A stretch of 64,000 bases of DNA from positions 1,135,680 through 1,199,679 of the forward strand of contig NW_003314289.1 in NCBI RefSeq assembly GCF_000143415.4. The letters are read 5' to 3'. Both the position numbers and the translations under genes were made by a program. Positions 59,516 to 64,000 of this stretch are shown one piece after another. A model generated the notes under the pieces. The model saw only the letters and a program-made list of their open reading frames with translations. It was not told where the DNA came from and searched no databases. Source of the DNA: Selaginella moellendorffii. Lineage: Eukaryota > Plantae > Lycopodiophyta. Position 1 is the stretch's first letter, and every line of letters starts with the position of its first letter.

Positions 59516-62500
59516 CCAGGAAAGGCTAGTTTGGCCCAGGAAGGATGTGCTCAAGTGTTGGGTGATGGGATAACCACTGGGAAGTTTAAGGCTAAAGTGA
59601 TTATGGACTGACAAGTGGGGTAGCTTGGTGAAGTGTTCAAAAGCTAGCTCTAGTTCCCCCAGGAGATCAAATGGCCGATGCTCCCAGTCCAAGTGTGAGT
59701 GGCACTACCTACTTGGATACTTAATGTGGCTCAACAGAACCTCGCTCTAAGCCCATGGCTAGAGCACCAAAAGGCAGAAGGTGAGGAGAGTACCCATGAG
59801 GCTCGCGTAAGGCCACGGTGTTCCGAAATGTTATCCCAAAGTCCCAAACTGTGAAAAGGAAAAGGAGCAATCCTCTAGTGTAGTGACTAAGGATATGGTC
59901 ACATGGTGAGGAAGTCCCAAAGGATAGTGGGATTTAGAGGTCGGGCCTATAGGCTTTATTTCAGTGGCAGTGTTGACAAACACAGCCATAGATAGAAAGG
60001 GACTTGGTGGGGACTGAAAAAGGGATATTGGGGAAGATTGTTCCCCATTTTTTCGAACATCTTAAGGATGCTAAGGAGTGGATTTGGGATGACCACTCAT
60101 GGATGGATGGCCCAATCTTGGAGAGATAGGATTGTGATCCAGGTGGTATTGGACCACTAGTGCAGCAAAGGTGATGGGGCATGGCCTTAACATAACGGGC
60201 TGATATGTCGGTGGTACCTTTGAGTGTCGGTTATGGGATCGGACACATGGAGCACTTGGACCAAGTGTAAAGGTTGAGTGGCAGGGGTGCCATTCTCGGG
60301 GCTAGCAAACCCTAAGTCCGGAATAAGACTTATGAAGGTTGTGAGTGAGACTCTTCCAAGTAGTCAGAAGGGTGGTTAAGTGATTAAAGTGAAATGGAAA
60401 ATTTAGTAGATTACAACTTAGTATCGGAGTTGTTCCTTAGTCTGACTTTTATTGGTGGCCAAGTATATCACCACTTGTATTGGAATTGAAAGGTCCTAGA
60501 TATGGACCTATCCTCGAAGAGTTGCATGTTGAGAAGACATGGCTCTACACTCAAGTTCATGCGTGAACTCGTGCACAATGTGCTGGATGAAAAAAGGCCA
60601 GTAAGGGAACGACTTTGGGATTTTGGGAACAGTATAAAGTTTTCCTCAAAGAGTTGAGGATGTGATCTGGATGAGTGTTTGACTTAGCAAACTGGCTAAT
60701 GTAGTTGTGATAAACAACTATAGTTGGGATCATAGGAAAAATAAAGACTTCAGAACAATAAAGGAGTCACAAAAATTATCCTCATATAGTTGAGGCTGGT
60801 GCTCATGAATTTGAGACCGGAATTGATGACCGTGAGAGGTCAAGTATGGATGAGGACATATGTCCTTGAAATGGTAGTCGGGGCTACCTTTTATAAATGC
60901 TGGAACAAACCCAAGGAGTTAGGGGTGTGCTTAGAGGATGAGTCGGTATTCTCATCATATGGACGGATAGTACTAAGGGGCAAAAATAACCTATAAGGAA
61001 TGAGAAATAATCAAGTGTCAGAGTAACACTTGCAAGGATAGTCCTTATGAGTAGGACATGAATACATGAAGTTATATTTTAGGTAGCTAGCACCTCAAAA
61101 ATAGGACCTTACGGGTCATTGGATTAACAAAGTCCAAAGATGTTAGAGGACTCAAGTAGAGTCAAGGAATGAACCTAAGGTATTGGTAAAAAGCATTTAA
61201 ACTAAGGTGTGTTATGCCCCACAAAGGATGGGGAGGATCATAAGATTCAAGTATAAAAATAATGGTTATCTCATTGATGGCAGAATGTGCTATACTAAAG
61301 TTGTGGAAAAGGTGTTTCCAAAAGAAAACAACTTTGACACAAAGTTGTGTGTAAACTCTATGGTGCAGTGCTAACGGATGGTTGGTATGAGAAAAAACTG
61401 TATTGGTTTTGGCAAGGACCTAAACATAAGTAAAAAGTGTTATAAAGGTAAGCTCGTGGAGCCAATGGTATGGAGACACCGAATGTGCCAAAGTGTGATG
61501 CTTTAAGGTAAAGTTGGCGGGATCAGGAGAACCCCTTCCCAAAGGAATCCTAATGGAAATGGGAATGGTATAGCTTAAGTTATAAGGCATGCCATTGGAG
61601 TGTGATGACCCAAATAATAATGGAGGTGTGAAAGCATCAGTAATGAGTTGTAGAACTTGACAACTATGAGGTAACTAAACAAAAGGTGCAAAATAATTGA
61701 TAAACTAGTAGAAGGTAACTACCTAAGACTTTTTAGTGGGATAAGGAAGTTAAATATACCCTTATTGGGGATAAATTGTTTATGTTGCGATATAGTAAGT
61801 CAATATCGTAAAGGGAATGCTCATTGTCAAAAAGGCCATCATTGGGACACCCAAACACTCTAGAACACCAAGAGGTGGTGTTTGGTGTCATGAAGGCAAT
61901 GGATAAGGCCCAAGGGACTTAGTCCCTAGCGAATGATGGATAGAAGGTGCTATTCAAACATCCAAGGTTGTGGAAACGGGAGAAGTCCATTTACCCGAAT
62001 TGAACAAAACTAAGAATGGGATTTTGGCAAGGCTAGTGATGGGCATATAAAAGCCCATAAGTAGTAATGTTAATCCCGGTGTGCGGAATTATAAAAGGAG
62101 CATACTTGGATTGAGGAACCACTCTCTAGGCTATTAGGTAGGTTCATCCCTAAGAATACTTGCTAAGGTATGGTAGAAAGTGCAAAGCTATCCTTCTAGT
62201 CTGGAGGAGAATAACCAAAGGAAATGTGCGAGGCAAAAAATAAGTAGTAGGGGGATAGAACCGAACCATAGGAATCGACGGGCATAACTAAAGATGGTTA
62301 TGCAAGTTGGGAGTGGAAAATCAAGTGGGTGCTCAAGCTTGTTGTTACTAGTGACTGGGATGCCATAGCGAGTTTAAAACACCATATTAGACTATATAGC
62401 CATTGGAAAGCTTGTGAAAGGAGAGGCTTTAGCAAGTTAAGGAACAAAGTTCCTTGAAGGTTCCCAAAGACAATTCTAGGTGGATAAGTATTTAGAAAGC

Positions 62501-64000
62501 CAAGTGTAAATGGTTTATAGAGTGTGTGAAATCAGAGTGGCATAGCAAAAACGTGGTCTTGAAGCTTGCCATGAGGTGAGGCTATCAAGGTTGGGGAAGT
62601 AGTTCCCGAGTGTTCAAAGAGAGGGCTTTGAACGAAAGTCAATGGTTAAGGACTTTCACGCTTATGCATGAACCATGTTACAGTGGCCAGATGACTTGCT
62701 AGATGAGATTGGCAAATTAGGGGAACAAATACCCTAGTTGAAGGTGCTAACTTAAAAAAGGGTGGCCATGGGGCCAAGCATGGAGGAGTCCATGCATGAT
62801 CACAAACATGTCAAGTGAAAGGACTTGGCAGTGTGGAGGAATTATGTTCCTAAACTATGATTTGTAGTGCGCTTTAAGTATAAGTTAGTGCATCGGCATG
62901 GGGAGTCACGCCAAACATCTAGTGTAATGCCGTCCGTAGATGCATATATGGAGGTTGGGTTTGAGTCATGACCCTCTAGTGCTTTGGGTTCGAGTCCCAA
63001 CTCACTAGGGTGAGGTGATAGTTTGGAATATGAGAACACTCATTTTTCGATGGTTAAGGACTCTTAATAAGGAGACTAGCTTAGGCACACTGCCAAGCGG
63101 GGGATGCCCCGGAGTCGTGATGCATGGTTAAATTGTTTAGTGTGAAAGCCTGGCATATCTAACTTGAACACTTTAATGCAAGTGGCGCCAAGGACGTGGT
63201 GAATGAGATGGGGACACCGAGTCTTAGTTGCTATAGACCCTTGGCTACAAAGGCTGGCTTGGGTGCACCGCCAAGTGTGGGGGATACCCCCGAGGCCATA
63301 GTAAACAACTTAAAGGTCTAGAAGACTTAGTACCTATTGGCAAACCTGTTAAGGTGCTAAGGTTATATCACTAAGTGATCTTATAGCTAAAACAAGAATA
63401 AGGTCCCTGTGAGGTTAAGGAATAAGGTTCCTAGTTCAAAGTGTTGATTTGAACTATTGATAATGGTATGGCTTGGTTAAGGTGACCAAATGGGAATAAC
63501 ACCTAAGGGAAATGAATAGTGACAATGTGATTGCATAGTGAGTCCGAAGAAAGTAATCTTTATAAGAGACCTATGGGAGAGTCACAAAATTGGGCCATGG
63601 ATAAAGCTCATAGTAGAAAATGCTAAAGAGATGTACTAGGGGTGAACACCCTTTGGACTTGGCAAAACAAAGTCTTTGCTATGGAACCGAAAGGATACCT
63701 CGAGAATAGAGGTAGTGATCCTATATTGTTTGGTGCAATAATTAATGGATAAGAGCAAAAGACTAGTGGCCAAGTTTGAGCCATAAGATTCATTGGAAAG
63801 AATCCAAATGGCAAAGTTAGCCGAAAAACACTAATGTGTTGGGTGCTAATGGATTGTGGGAAAGAAATGTGTTTCGAAAGATGGATTCCCAATTGCTTCG
63901 CTTTGGCGAAGGTGAAAGCTCTAAGGGAAGGAGCGGCAAGGTAGCCAAATGATAGAGCTATGGACAGCCCTAGCATAAATTATTGATACTAGAACTTAGT

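Larger units (their letters stand above)
50732..64000 (+). mobile_element. Older family A element (5' LTR 50732-51334 plus 59516-60415; internal region runs off the window)
   Basis: TGTGAGACAC at 50732. The LTR resumes after the nested copy and ends ...GATTACA at 60415 with a degenerate PBS. The internal region is homologous to 53018-57133 but more AT-shifted. Confidence 0.85.

Overview
Compact land-plant nuclear DNA. The roughly 40-80 nt introns, tight gene spacing and PLS-PPR remnant suggest a lycophyte such as Selaginella, which is an inference. Both flanks (1-31.7 kb and 43.7-64 kb) are nested retrotransposon debris: a non-coding LARD-like LTR family with satellite-bearing 1.6-1.8 kb LTRs, 5S-containing Cassandra TRIMs, a broken Ty3/gypsy gag-pol and Ty1/copia remnants. 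A gene island at 32.5-43.1 kb holds SCPL and PPR remnants, PTAC16, a two-domain fibrillin, a CCCH-Pumilio protein, a small membrane protein and an intronless ATG1-like kinase. The most interesting object is a complete 13.7 kb DNA transposon (13945-27644, 24-bp TIRs, 4-bp ATTA TSD). It encodes a Sola-like DDD transposase and, divergently, a spliced cargo gene of about 1,600 aa with ParB/Srx-like, degenerate beta-class DNA-methyltransferase-like and FCP1/SCP HAD-phosphatase-like domains. About 30 copies of a 22-bp palindrome (ATGGCRTG-N6-CAYGCCAT) are scattered from TIR to TIR. I saw none outside the element, and they make up much of several of its tiny introns. This may be a ParB/parS-like or VANC-like protein-plus-cognate-site system. 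All domain calls are by eye and need HMM or structure confirmation.
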